From an uncultured Chloroflexia bacterium (GTDB lineage Bacteria; Chloroflexota; Limnocylindria; Limnocylindrales; CSP1-4): 64,000 bases of DNA. How positions within the stretch are numbered: the first letter of the stretch is position 1; every line of letters begins with the position of its first letter. The stretch lies in NCBI GenBank assembly GCA_963813535.1, contig CAWEZH010000002.1, positions 1,856,001 through 1,920,000 on the forward strand. The letters run 5' to 3'. The notes beneath the pieces were generated by a model. That model did not search any database. It was not told the origin of the DNA and saw only the letters and a program-made list of their open reading frames with translations. A program made the position numbers and the translations under genes. Below, piece after piece: positions 18,015 to 28,352 of this stretch.

Positions 18015-20263
18015 GTGCACGGGCGCCCTCCGGGTCGTAGAAGGGGGTCGGCGTCACGACCGCCTCGCGGCCGTCGATCTGGACCTTGTCGGGGAACGGC
18101 AGCCGCTTGATCCAGCCGAGCATGACGGTCTTGCGCAGGACCGGGGACGCCCAGCTCCCCGACACGTGGCCGACGATCTGGCCGTCGACCATGATCGGCG
18201 AGCCCTCGACCGGCGCTTCGCCGCGCATCGTGAAGCCGTGCAACAGGCGATGATCGGGTTCCTTTTGCGTCCGCTCGAGCGCCGCGCGCCCGATGAACGC
18301 GGGCTTGTCCATCCGCGCCGCCCACGCCATCCGGACCCGCCGCGGCGTCGTGTCGAGCTCGGTGTCCATACCGATGATCACGTGACCCTTCTCCAGCCGT
18401 AGCCCGAAGAGCGCCTTGAGGCCGTGTGGCCGGACTCCGAGGTCCGCGCCGAGCGTCAAGAGCGCGCGCCACAGCTCGACCGAGCGGTCGACCGGGTGAT
18501 GGAGCTCCCACGAGGCCTCGCCCGTGAACGACAACCGCATCACATGGCACGGCACACCGGCGACCTCGGCATGCGCGTGCCCCAGGAACGCAGGGGGCTC
18601 GGCGAGACCGGCCCGCTGCAGCAGCTGTCCGGCGAGCGGACCCGTGACGTTGATCGCGGCGAGCGACATCGTCCGATCCATGACGTTGACCCGCAGGCCC
18701 CAGGTCTCGGCCCAGTCACGCACCCACATCTCGGCGTTGGCCGCCCCGCCGGACGTGAACGTCAGGACGAACCGGGTCGCGTCCTCCCGGAGGATCATCC
18801 CGTCATCCATGATGTGGCCGCGCTCGTTGAGCAGCAGCGCGTAGCGCGAGCGGCCGGGGCGGATATCGGCGACGTGGCACGGGTACAGCCGCTCCAGGAA
18901 CTCGACCGCATCGGGTCCGCTGACGACCATCTTCCCGAGCGTGCTGACGTCGCCGACCGACACGCCCTCGCGGACACACCAGTACTCGGCGATCGGGTCG
19001 CCGTAATGCCACGGTCGCCACCAGTTGCCGAACCGGTCGAGGCGCCCGCCCAGGGACAGGTGCTCGTCGTGCAGGGGCGTCCGACGGAAGACGTCGACCT
19101 GGGTATCGGCGGCGGCCTCGGCGAGGGTGATCTGGCGCGACGCCGGTCGCGCGGTGAATGGCGCCGGCACGGTCCCGGTCCTGGCCGCGATCCACGCCCG
19201 GACCTGCGGGAGACAGGCCGCCCCCTGGCACGTGCCGAGGCACGCGAGGCTGGCCCGCTTGAGCAGCTCGATCTCCTGGAAGCCGCGGTCCCACGCGGTC
19301 TGGAGGTCGGTCCACCGTCGTGCCGTTGCAAGCGCAGACGATGCCGGCCATCGGGGCCGGAGGAAGCACCTCCTGCTGGGCGACCGACCCGACCGCGCTG
19401 AGCGGCACCTCGCCGGCCATCCGGACCAGCACGTCGCGTGGCGCCAGCCCGAGCCCGACGATCACGGTGTCGCACAGCGTCGTCGTCTCGGCGCCGATCC
19501 AGTCGTCGGCGGTCACGACGGCGCGCACCCGCCCCGTCTCGTCGCCCTCGATCCGCTTGAGCCTGCCGGCGACGGGGATGCACGGGACGCCCGGCGGCGG
19601 CGTCCCGATGGCCACTGCCGCACCCATCTCGATGCCCGCGATGTGCATCCGCCGCGCCGCCCGGCTCGTGATCACCCCCTCGAGGTCATTGCCAGGAACG
19701 ACCGGGTGGATCTCGGCGGCGCCGGTCGCGACCACGATCTCCTGCGGGTAGACGTGGAGCATGAGCGTCGGCGTCCGCACGACGACCAGCGGCCCCGGAT
19801 AGATCCCGACGACCTCATCGCCCTCCTCGGCATCGAGGACGAGCACCCGCTTGCCGGCCTTCTCGGCCGTCGCGGCGGCCTCCTTGCCGCTGTCGCCACC
19901 GCCGATCACGGCGACATCGACATGGGCCCGCAGGACCTCGATGTCGGGGCCGGACAGGGACGACGAGAGGTCGGGGCCGGAAACCTCGGGCAGCGGCGGC
20001 AACCCGTCCGGCGGGTGGCGGACGACGGCGAGACCCGGTCGGGCCTTCAGCTGGCACGTCCGGACGTAGGCGACGCCCTCGACCCGCGCCAGGCAGTTGC
20101 CGCAATCGCCGGTCAGGCACAGCGTCCCTGGGCCGGCGGGTGTCGTGCCGCCGCGCAGGATCGCGATCGCGACCGAGTCACCGGCGGCGAAGGGCACGGG
20201 GCGACCGTCGACGACGATACGTCCCGCCTCGGCGACCCTCGTCGAACCGCGGCGGTCGGTCAC
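18007..20263 (-). CDS. soxA: Sarcosine oxidase alpha-like subunit (2Fe-2S + FAD/NAD + BFD-like Cys cluster + GcvT/THF domain), with an apparent +1 frameshift at 19309-19310
   Basis: CLTGDCGNC..RTC, VIGGG. Removing one C restores VCACNGTTVDDLQTAWDRGFQEIELLKRASLACLGTCQGAAC..FTARP..RRTPLH..DVSTLGK..LRLEKGH (~751 aa). Confidence 0.88.
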
Positions 20264-22729
20264 TGGCGCATCCTGGCCCCGGCTGGGTCGAACAACGGTT
20301 CTGGCTGGAGCCGCGCCGGCCTGCGCCGCCCGATGATCTCGATCTCGAAACCGTCACCACCCGCGCCATCGGGCGTCGCGAGCTCGGTCGGCACGTAGCC
20401 GAGCGCGATCGACCGCCCGACGTGGTGGCCGTACCCGCCCGATGTGACCCACCCGACCACCGTGCCATCGTGCCAGACCGGCTCGTCGCCGATGACGTCG
20501 GCGGGATCGTCGGGGTCTGGCTCGACCACGAAGGTCACGAGCCGTCGCTTCGGGCCGCCGGCGGCCATCTCCGCCTCGTGCGCCGACCGGCCGATGAAGT
20601 CGTGATCGAGCTTCAGGTACCTGGTGATACCGCCCTCTGCCGGCGTGTAGATGGGTCGGTATTCGCGGAACCACGTCCCGTAGCTCTTCTCCAGTCGCAA
20701 GGACATCAGCGCGCGCATCCCGAACAGCCGCAGGCCGTGTGGCGCCCCGGCCTCCACGATCCGGTCGAACAGGGCGCGTTGGTGCTCCGGCGTGACCCAC
20801 AGCTCGTAGCCGAGGTCGCCCGAGTAGTTGATCCGTGCGACGTGCGCCGGGATCATGCCCAGATCGACGCGGCGGAACGTCATGAACGGGAACGCCTCGG
20901 TCGAGAGGTCGAGGTCAGGGCGCGACGGCGCTCAGGACATCGCGCGACCGCGGGCCGGTCACCGACAGCCCGGTCAGACCGAGACCCAGCACCTCGAACC
21001 GGACCGTACCGTCATCCGGCAGGTGCTGGCGGAACCAGCGCGAGTGATGGACCTCGGCCGGAAGCGAGCCGAAGAGGTAGAACTCGTCGTCCTCGCCGGC
21101 TCGTGCGACGGTGAACTCGCCGACGATGCGGCCCCCCTCGTTGAGCATCGCCGTCAGCGTGATGCGGCCGGGTTTCGGCATGCGCTGGGTGAGCAGCGAC
21201 GACAGCCAGGCCTCGGCACCCGGACCCGTGACCCGGTACTTGGCGTAGTTGGAGATCTCGGTCATGCCGACCCGCTCACGGACCGCGGCGACCTCCTCCG
21301 ACACGCACTCCCAGGCGTTCGAGCGGCGGAACGTCACGTCCTCCTTCGGCTCGAGCCCCGCTCTCTGGAACCACAGCGCGTGCTCGAGGCCGAACGTCGC
21401 GCCCCACACAGCGTTGGCCTGCGTCAGCCGGTCGTAGATCGGCGTCGTCAGGAGCGGCCGGGCATCGGGCAGCTCCTCATTGGGGAACGTGATCCGGAAG
21501 CGGCGTCGGTAGTTCTCCTGGACCTTGGCGTTCGTGTAGGCCAGCGTCGCGTAGTCGCCGTAGCGGGCGACATCCATCGCCCAGATATCCATCCCGGAGT
21601 CGCCGCGATCCCCGGCGGTCATCCAGGTCGCCAGGGCAAGCCCGACGCCGCCGCCCTGTGACAGTCCGGCCATCACGCCGCAGGCGACCCAGTAGCCACG
21701 CAACCCGCGGATCGGGCCGACCAGCGGGTTCCCGTCGGGCGAGAACGTGAACGGCCCGTTCACCACGCGCCGGATGCCGACAGTGTGCATCGGCGGGTAG
21801 TGCTTGAAGGCGACCGACAGCTCCGGCGTGATGCGGTCGAGCTGGGGCTTGAGCAGCTGCGACCCGAAGTCCCAGGGCGTCTCGCGTGGCGACCACGGCA
21901 CGCATGCCTGCTCGTACGTACCGAGCAGCATCGCGCCACCTTCCTGGCGGATGTAGATCTCGCCTCCGAAGTCGAGCGCCATCGGCATCTCGTGGCCGGT
22001 CTTCGCGACCTGGGCGGCGACCTCCGGCATGTCCTCGCTGATGAGGTAGTGGTGCTCCATCGCGAGCACCGGCAGCTCGATGCCGACCATCCGCCCGACC
22101 TCGCGCGCCCACAGGCCGCCGGCGTTGACGACGTGCTCGGTATGGATCGACTCGCCGTTCTCGAGCCGAACATCCCAGGTGCCGTCCTCACGCTGCTCGA
22201 GCCCCACGACCGGCGTGTGCTGGTGAACCTCGGCACCGGCCTGCTGGGCGCATTTCACGTACGCGCGCGTGACGCCGGTCGGATCGACGTGGCCCTCGAC
22301 CGGGTCGTACAGCGCCCCGACGAAGTACTGCGGATCCATGAGCGGGAACATGTCGGCCGCTTCCTTCGCCGAGATGAGCTCGAGGTCCATGCCGAGATAG
22401 CGGCCGCGGGCCACGGCCATCCGCAGGAAGTCCATGCGGACCTCCGTGTCGGCCAGCATCAGGCCACCCGGCAGGTGGATCGAGCAGTCCTGACCGGACT
22501 GCTTTTCGATCTCCTCGTACAGCTGGATCGTGTACTGCTGGAGCCGCGCGACGTTGGGGTCGCCGTTGAGCGTGTGCATGCCGCCAGCCGCATGCCATGT
22601 CGACCCGGCGGTCAGCTCCCGCCGCTCGAGCAGCACGACGTCGGTCCAGCCGGCCTTCGTCAGGTGGTACAGGACGCTGGCGCCGACGACGCCACCACCG
22701 ATGACGACGACCTGGGTGTGCTCCTTCAC
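20260..22729 (-). CDS. Dimethylglycine dehydrogenase-like (DAO + GcvT), with an apparent +1 frameshift at 20918-20920
   Basis: VVVIGGGVVG, GSTWHAAG (covalent-FAD His), NGPFTFSPDGNP. Removing one C joins it to DLDLSTEAFPFMTF..YSGDLGYE..LRLEK (~822 aa). Confidence 0.92.
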
Positions 22730-22760
22730 GCGATCCTCAACGCTCCTCGTGTCGATCGGG

Positions 22761-24347
22761 TCAATAGTCGGTGGGAACGCCGCCTTCGGCGACCCGGCGA
22801 GCGACGAATGCCTCGAGCTCCTCGCGGATCGCCGGGTCCATGGGCGGCGGCTCGTATGCCGCGAGCAGCTCCTTCCAGATGCGGTTGGCCTTGCCCGGCA
22901 CCTCGGGCGATCCGGCCTCCTCCCACGTCTCGAAGTTGCGCCAGTCGCTGAGCATCGGCTTGTGGAACGCGGTCCGGTAGCGGCTCTGCGTGTGCTCGGT
23001 GCCGAAGAAATGGCCACCTGGCCCGACGTCCTGCATCGCGTCGAACGCGAGCGACGCGTCATCGACGACCACCGGATCGAGGAACGCCTCGACCATCCCG
23101 AGCAGCTCGGCGTCGAGGACCATCTTCTCGTAGCTGGCGTGGAGCCCGCCCTCCATCCAGCCGGCCCCGTGCATGAGCAGGTTGACGCCACCCATGATCG
23201 CGCCCCACAGCGAGAACACCGACTCGTACGCGGCCTGGGCGTCGAGGGCGTTCGCCGCGTTCACGTTCGAGGAGCGGTACGGCACACCGTATCGACGCGC
23301 CAGCTGGCCACCGATCATCGCGGTCCGCATGTACTCGGGCGTCCCGAAGGCCGGCGCGCCGGACTGCATATCGACGTTCGAGGTGAACCCGCCGTAGATG
23401 ACCGGCGAACCCGGGCGCACGACCTGGGTCAGGACCATCCCCGCCAGCGCCTCGGCGTTCTGCTCCGCCAGCGCGCCGGCAAGCGTCACCGGGGCCATCG
23501 CGCCCGCCAGCGTGAACGGCGTGATGCACACCACCTGGTTGCGTTCGGCGAAGGCCATGATCCCCTGGAGCATCGGCGCGTCCAGTCGCAGTGGTGAGCT
23601 CGAGTTGACGACCGTGAACACCGACGGCTCGTCATCGAGGGTCGCATCCTCGATCCCCCGGGCGATCCGCACCATCTCGAGCACGTCGATGTTCCGCTGC
23701 CGCCCGAGGCTGTAGCAGTGGATCGCCTTGTCCATGAGCGTCAGCGCGTCGAAGGTCGCGTGCAAGTGACGCACGCCGTGATGGAGGTCCACCGGTTCGA
23801 CGGGGTAGCCGGCGAGGAAGTGGACCGGGTTGAGCGCCTGGCCGAGCCGCAGCAGGTTCTGGTAGTCCTCGCGGTTCCCGATCCGCCGCCCGCGATCGAG
23901 ATCCGACACGTTCGGCGGACTGCCGACCGTCCCGAACGCCATCCAGTCGCCGCCGAGCTGCAGGTCGTGGTCGGGGTTCCATGCGTGCAGCGTGAACGAC
24001 GACGGCGCGGTCCGGATCTTCTCGGTGACCATGTCCGGGTCGAAGCGGACGCGCTGCGTGTCCGGCGACGTCCCGGCCCCGGCGGCGCGCAGCACCTCCC
24101 GTGCCTCGGCGTCGAGGAAGTCCATGCCCAGCTCGGACAGGACCCGCAGCGACGCCACATGGATCGACTCGATCTCATCGGCCGAGAGCACCTCGGTCGG
24201 TCCATAGCGCAGGCGCGGCTGCGCCCACGGCCGCTGCGGCGGGAGGAGGCTGCGCTCGTGACCAGCGCGTCCGCCGGAGCGGCGTCGCTGGAGCCCCCGA
24301 CCGGCGGCCGAGTCCATGTCCGTCACGGGCGGGGTCGCATCATCCAT
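22761..24347 (-). CDS. Non-pyrrolysine trimethylamine methyltransferase (MttB) family protein
   Basis: NSSSPLRLD, TPFTLAGAMAPVTLAG, GGFTSNVDMQSGAPAFGTPE, DAQAAYES, VGPGGHFFG; no in-frame amber codon. Confidence 0.94.
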   Translation of the reverse strand: MDDATPPVTDMDSAAGRGLQRRRSGGRAGHERSLLPPQRPWAQPRLRYGPTEVLSADEIESIHVASLRVLSELGMDFLDAEAREVLRAAGAGTSPDTQRVRFDPDMVTEKIRTAPSSFTLHAWNPDHDLQLGGDWMAFGTVGSPPNVSDLDRGRRIGNREDYQNLLRLGQALNPVHFLAGYPVEPVDLHHGVRHLHATFDALTLMDKAIHCYSLGRQRNIDVLEMVRIARGIEDATLDDEPSVFTVVNSSSPLRLDAPMLQGIMAFAERNQVVCITPFTLAGAMAPVTLAGALAEQNAEALAGMVLTQVVRPGSPVIYGGFTSNVDMQSGAPAFGTPEYMRTAMIGGQLARRYGVPYRSSNVNAANALDAQAAYESVFSLWGAIMGGVNLLMHGAGWMEGGLHASYEKMVLDAELLGMVEAFLDPVVVDDASLAFDAMQDVGPGGHFFGTEHTQSRYRTAFHKPMLSDWRNFETWEEAGSPEVPGKANRIWKELLAAYEPPPMDPAIREELEAFVARRVAEGGVPTDY

Positions 24348-25857
24348 CGGACAGGTCGATCCAGGTCGTCTTGAGCTGGGTGTACCCGTCGAGCGCGTGC
24401 AGGGATTTGTCCCGCCCGAAGCCCGACTGCTTGTACCCGCCGAACGGCACCGTGATATCCGCCGTATCGAACGTGTTGACGTACACGGTGCCGACCCGCA
24501 GGGCACGAGCCAGTCGGTGCGCGCGGGTGATGTCCCGCGTCCATACCCCGGCCGCCAGACCGTATGGCGTGTCGTTGGCGATCCGGATCGCCTCCGCCTC
24601 GTCGTCGAACTCCGTGACCGTCAGGACCGGCCCGAAGATCTCCTCGCGCGCCACGCGCCAGCCGTTGTCGACGCCATCGAGGATGGTCGGCGGGACGTAG
24701 TAGCCGCCGCTGTCCTCGCGGACCCGCCGACCACCGGTGACGAGGCGCGCACCCTCCTCCTGCCCGAGGGACACGTAGCCGAGCACCTTGTCGAGCTGGG
24801 CGGCGTCGACGATCGAGCCGAGCTGTGTCGCCGGGTCGAGCGGCTCGCCTGGCGCCATCCGTTGCCCGATCTCGGCGACACGCTCCACGAGCTCCTCGCG
24901 GATCGAGCGATGGACGATCAGGCGCGAGCCGGCATTGCACGTCTGGCCGCTGTTGTAGAAGATCCCAGCCCCGATCGACGCCGCGACCGCCTCGAGGTCG
25001 CCGGGGTCGGCAAGGACGACCTGCGGGCTCTTGCCGCCGAGCTCGAGCGAGATCGCCTTGACGTCGGTCTCGCCGATGGCCCGCAGCAGCGAGCGCCCGA
25101 CTTCGGTCGACCCGGTGAACGCGATCTTGTCGACCGCGGGGTGCCGCGCGAGGGCCTCGCCGAGCACGCGCCCCGGCCCTGGCACGACGTTGAGGACCCC
25201 ATCCGGGATGCCCGCTTCCGAGGCCAGCTCCGCCAGGCGCAGCGCGGTCAGCGGCGACGCCGACGCCGGCTTGAGCACGACCGAGTTGCCCGCGGCCAGC
25301 GCCGCGCCGACCTTCCACGCGGTCACGATCAGCGGGTAGTTCCAGGGCACGATGGCGCCGACCACGCCGATCGGCTCGCGCGTCACGAGCGAGAGCGTGT
25401 CTGGGCCGGTCGGGCCGATCTCGCCGTAGACCTTGTCGATCGTCTCGGCGTACCACTGGATCGTCTTGGCCGACGAAGGCACGTCGACCGACAGCGCGTC
25501 GCGGATCGGCTTGCCGACATCCAGCGATTCGAGGAGCGCCAACTCCTCGCGGTTCGCGCGGATCGACTCGGCCAGCTTGAGCAGGATGATCTTGCGCTTG
25601 GCGGGCGACATGTCCGCCCAACGGCGGTCGTCGAACGACGCTCGGGCGGCCGCCACCGCACGGTCGATGTCTTCCGCGTCGCCCTCGGCGACCCGGGTGA
25701 TCACGCCGCCGTCGCGACCGGCAACGTCGTCGAACGTCCGGCCGGATGCCGCGGGGACGAACCGCCCGTCGATGAAGGCCTCGTTGCGAGGCTGGACCGC
25801 CTCCGCCCGGGCGATCCAGTCGGCCGCCGTGGGCCCGCTCGGAGCTGTCGCCGTCAC
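24340..25857 (-). CDS. NAD-dependent aldehyde dehydrogenase (PuuC/betaine-aldehyde DH-like)
   Basis: PWNYP, FTGST, LELGGKSP, GQTCNAG, EEIFGP, PFGGYKQSG. Confidence 0.96.
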   Translation of the reverse strand: MTATAPSGPTAADWIARAEAVQPRNEAFIDGRFVPAASGRTFDDVAGRDGGVITRVAEGDAEDIDRAVAAARASFDDRRWADMSPAKRKIILLKLAESIRANREELALLESLDVGKPIRDALSVDVPSSAKTIQWYAETIDKVYGEIGPTGPDTLSLVTREPIGVVGAIVPWNYPLIVTAWKVGAALAAGNSVVLKPASASPLTALRLAELASEAGIPDGVLNVVPGPGRVLGEALARHPAVDKIAFTGSTEVGRSLLRAIGETDVKAISLELGGKSPQVVLADPGDLEAVAASIGAGIFYNSGQTCNAGSRLIVHRSIREELVERVAEIGQRMAPGEPLDPATQLGSIVDAAQLDKVLGYVSLGQEEGARLVTGGRRVREDSGGYYVPPTILDGVDNGWRVAREEIFGPVLTVTEFDDEAEAIRIANDTPYGLAAGVWTRDITRAHRLARALRVGTVYVNTFDTADITVPFGGYKQSGFGRDKSLHALDGYTQLKTTWIDLSDG

Positions 25858-26963
25858 GCCGCGTACCTCCGGACCGACACCTCATCGAGCCGTGCCCCAA
25901 GGCCGGGCACGCTCGGCACGCGCAGGAGGCCGTCGGCATCGGGGCGGATCGGCTCCGACAGGAACGCATCGCGCCGCTCCGGCGTCCAGCCCGGCGGATC
26001 GTACGGGAACTCGATGTACGGCCCGCCGCCGACACCCGCTGCGACATGGAGGTTGGCCAGAAGCCCCAGGCCGTTGGTCCACGTGTGTGGCGTGAACCAC
26101 CGGCCGCGAGCCATGACCATCTCGGCCAGGGTCCGGTTGCGGAGCATGCCACCGGCCAGGACGACGTCCTCCTGGTAGACGTCGAATGCATCGGACGCGA
26201 GCGCCCAGAGCGCCTCGTGGTGCGTACGCGTCATCTCCCCGCCGGCGATCCGGACGCCGAGCCCGCCGGTCCGCAGCGATGCCAGCCCCGGCAGATCGGT
26301 GCCGTCCAACGGCTCCTCCATCCAGAGCACCCCTTCCTCGGCGAGCCGCATACCGATCTCGCGGGCGGTCGCGACATCGATGGACGGCGAGGTATCGCCC
26401 GCCATCCGCCAGCCCTGGTTGAGGTCGACCATGATGTCCATCGTGTCGCCCACCGCCGCCCGCGTCGCGCTCACCGCGGCGAGGCCCTCCTCGAGCCCGC
26501 GCGGATCGACCCGGATCTTCAGCGCGCGAAAGCCTTCGTCGCGCATCCTGAGCGCGGATTCCGCGCGCTCGGGCGCGGGCAGCAGCATGCCGCACGACGC
26601 GTAAGCCGGGATCGCGTCCAGCTTGGCGCCGAACAGCGCGGCCACCGGTGTGCCGGCGACCTGCCCCGCGATGTCCCAGAGCGCCGCCTCCAGCGGCCAG
26701 TAGCGCCCGGCGTGGAAATCGATCGTCTCGAGCACGCGGACATGCCGTTCGATGGCCAGCGGATCCTCGCCGATGAACAGGTGCTCGAACGCCTCGAAGC
26801 CGTCCATGGTGTCGCCGGACCCGATGCCCACGATCCCCTCGTCGGTCTCCACCCGGACGATCGTCACCGGGAACTCGGTGCGCGGCACGGGATCCCACGC
26901 CGCCGGGAACGGCGGATCGAGCGGGACGCGGAGGCGCTGGAGACGGATGGCGCCGATCCTCAC
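25854..26963 (-). CDS. Mandelate racemase/muconate lactonizing enzyme family (enolase superfamily)
   Basis: ALWDIAG, KIR, DLNQ, EEP, GGE metal ligands, PHTW, PGLG. Confidence 0.92.
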   Translation of the reverse strand: MRIGAIRLQRLRVPLDPPFPAAWDPVPRTEFPVTIVRVETDEGIVGIGSGDTMDGFEAFEHLFIGEDPLAIERHVRVLETIDFHAGRYWPLEAALWDIAGQVAGTPVAALFGAKLDAIPAYASCGMLLPAPERAESALRMRDEGFRALKIRVDPRGLEEGLAAVSATRAAVGDTMDIMVDLNQGWRMAGDTSPSIDVATAREIGMRLAEEGVLWMEEPLDGTDLPGLASLRTGGLGVRIAGGEMTRTHHEALWALASDAFDVYQEDVVLAGGMLRNRTLAEMVMARGRWFTPHTWTNGLGLLANLHVAAGVGGGPYIEFPYDPPGWTPERRDAFLSEPIRPDADGLLRVPSVPGLGARLDEVSVRRYAA

Positions 26964-27047
26964 GGCGCCAGTATCGCCGACCGCCCCTACCCGCGGGTCT
27001 GCGGGATGGCTGCGGTACGCTGGCGGCTCCCAGTGCCGGAGGAGTCC

Positions 27048-27806
27048 GTGACGACGGCTCTCGATCGTCCACCCGAAGAAGCCGCCGAGGACACGTCGTT
27101 CGCGCGCGGCCTGCGGGTGTTCCTGACGGTGGCCGATCGCGGCGAGATCAGGGCCGATGAGCTCAGCACGCTCCTGGACACGCCCCTCTCCACGATCTAC
27201 CGCTACCTCCGCACGCTGACCGAGTTCGGGTTCGTGGAACGTCAGGAGGCCGGCTACCGGCTTGGGGCCCGGCTCCACCTGCTGGGCAGCGGGCCGGCCG
27301 TCTCGGCCGAGGAGCTGATCCGGGTCGCCGACCCCGTCCTGGCCACTGTGGCCGAGTCGACCGGCGAGACCGCGTTCATCTCGCGCCGGGTCGGCACCAG
27401 CACCATGTGCCTCGCGCAATATCCGTCGACCCAGCCGCTGCGCGTCGTCGTCGAACCCGGGCAGATCGGTCCGCTCCAGGTGGGGTCGGTCGCCCGCGTC
27501 CTGCTCGCGTTCGCGCCGACGGAGGTCCAGGATGCGGCCCTTGCCGATGTGGCCGATGCGGACGCGACGCGCCGCCTGCTGCCGGGGATCGTGGCGGATT
27601 CGTTCGCGCGGGACGAGGGCGCGACCTACGACGGCGCGCTCACCCTGGCGGTCCCGGTGCTCATGAATGACGAGATCGTGGCGGCGATCGCGATCGCCGC
27701 GCCCGTCGAACGTGCCGACCGCCGATGGCAGGCACGAGCGCGCGGTCTCCTTCATCACGCGGCGACCGGCGTCGAGGCTGCCCTTCGTGCGGAGCCGGGG
27801 GCCTGA
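27048..27806 (+). CDS. IclR-family transcriptional regulator
   Basis: SFARGLRVF..LSTIYRYLRTL..YRLG, TGETA, GSVARVLLAF; GGAGGA SD; divergent from the catabolic operon. Confidence 0.92.
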   Translation: MTTALDRPPEEAAEDTSFARGLRVFLTVADRGEIRADELSTLLDTPLSTIYRYLRTLTEFGFVERQEAGYRLGARLHLLGSGPAVSAEELIRVADPVLATVAESTGETAFISRRVGTSTMCLAQYPSTQPLRVVVEPGQIGPLQVGSVARVLLAFAPTEVQDAALADVADADATRRLLPGIVADSFARDEGATYDGALTLAVPVLMNDEIVAAIAIAAPVERADRRWQARARGLLHHAATGVEAALRAEPGA

Positions 27807-27841
27807 CCCACCCAGTACTATCGAAATACGGCATCGGGACT

Positions 27842-27880
27842 TCCCACGATTTGACAATCGTGTGGGACGAGGCGGATAGT
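27842..27880 (+). promoter_or_regulatory. Sigma70-like promoter with the -35 embedded in an inverted repeat
   Basis: TCCCACGAT-TTGACA-ATCGTGTGGGA; GATAGT 27875-27880 lies 7 nt before ATG 27888. Confidence 0.55.
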
Positions 27881-27887
27881 GGTCCCG

Positions 27888-28352
27888 ATGGACGCATTCG
27901 CCGCTCTGGCGCCTGTTTCCGACCTGTATGCGCACCTCCCTGTCGGTGACGCCTTCGATTGGTCCGGCGTCGCGAGTGAGCTCGGCTCGGGCGAGTGGTA
28001 CCTCGTCGCCTTCCGGTCGGTGCGGCGGATCGGCGCCGACGAGGACCGCCTCGCCGAGATCGACGAGCGAGCGCATCTCGAGGCCGCGGAGGCGCCGGGC
28101 TTCGTCCACTACTTCAAGGGTCCGACCGCGAGCGACCGGACGTGTCTTTCGTTCTGCCTCTGGACGTCGCGAGCCGAAGCACGGGCAGCAGCAGGCCGCC
28201 CGGACCACGTGACGGCGGTCGCGCTCCTCGACGAGATGTACGAGCGCTACACGCTCGAGTTCATCCGGGTGACGGGTCGACGCCGGTCGCCGCTGCGGTT
28301 CGAGCCGTACGACGCCCCGGTCATGGACCCGGGGGCTCCTCGAGCCGCCTAG
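27888..28352 (+). CDS. Hypothetical protein, ABM-like dimeric alpha+beta barrel (resembles UPF0643)
   Basis: WYLVAFRS..DERAHLEA..GFVHYFKG..CLSFCLWTSRAEA..H..Y. Confidence 0.7.
   Translation: MDAFAALAPVSDLYAHLPVGDAFDWSGVASELGSGEWYLVAFRSVRRIGADEDRLAEIDERAHLEAAEAPGFVHYFKGPTASDRTCLSFCLWTSRAEARAAAGRPDHVTAVALLDEMYERYTLEFIRVTGRRRSPLRFEPYDAPVMDPGAPRAA

Noticed and set aside
20915-20917. TGA in the DMG dehydrogenase as selenocysteine or readthrough
   Set aside because: The downstream homologous sequence is in a different frame, so readthrough cannot restore it.
22761-24347. Pyrrolysine-containing MttB
   Set aside because: The ORF is uninterrupted, with no in-frame TAG and no pyl genes in the window.
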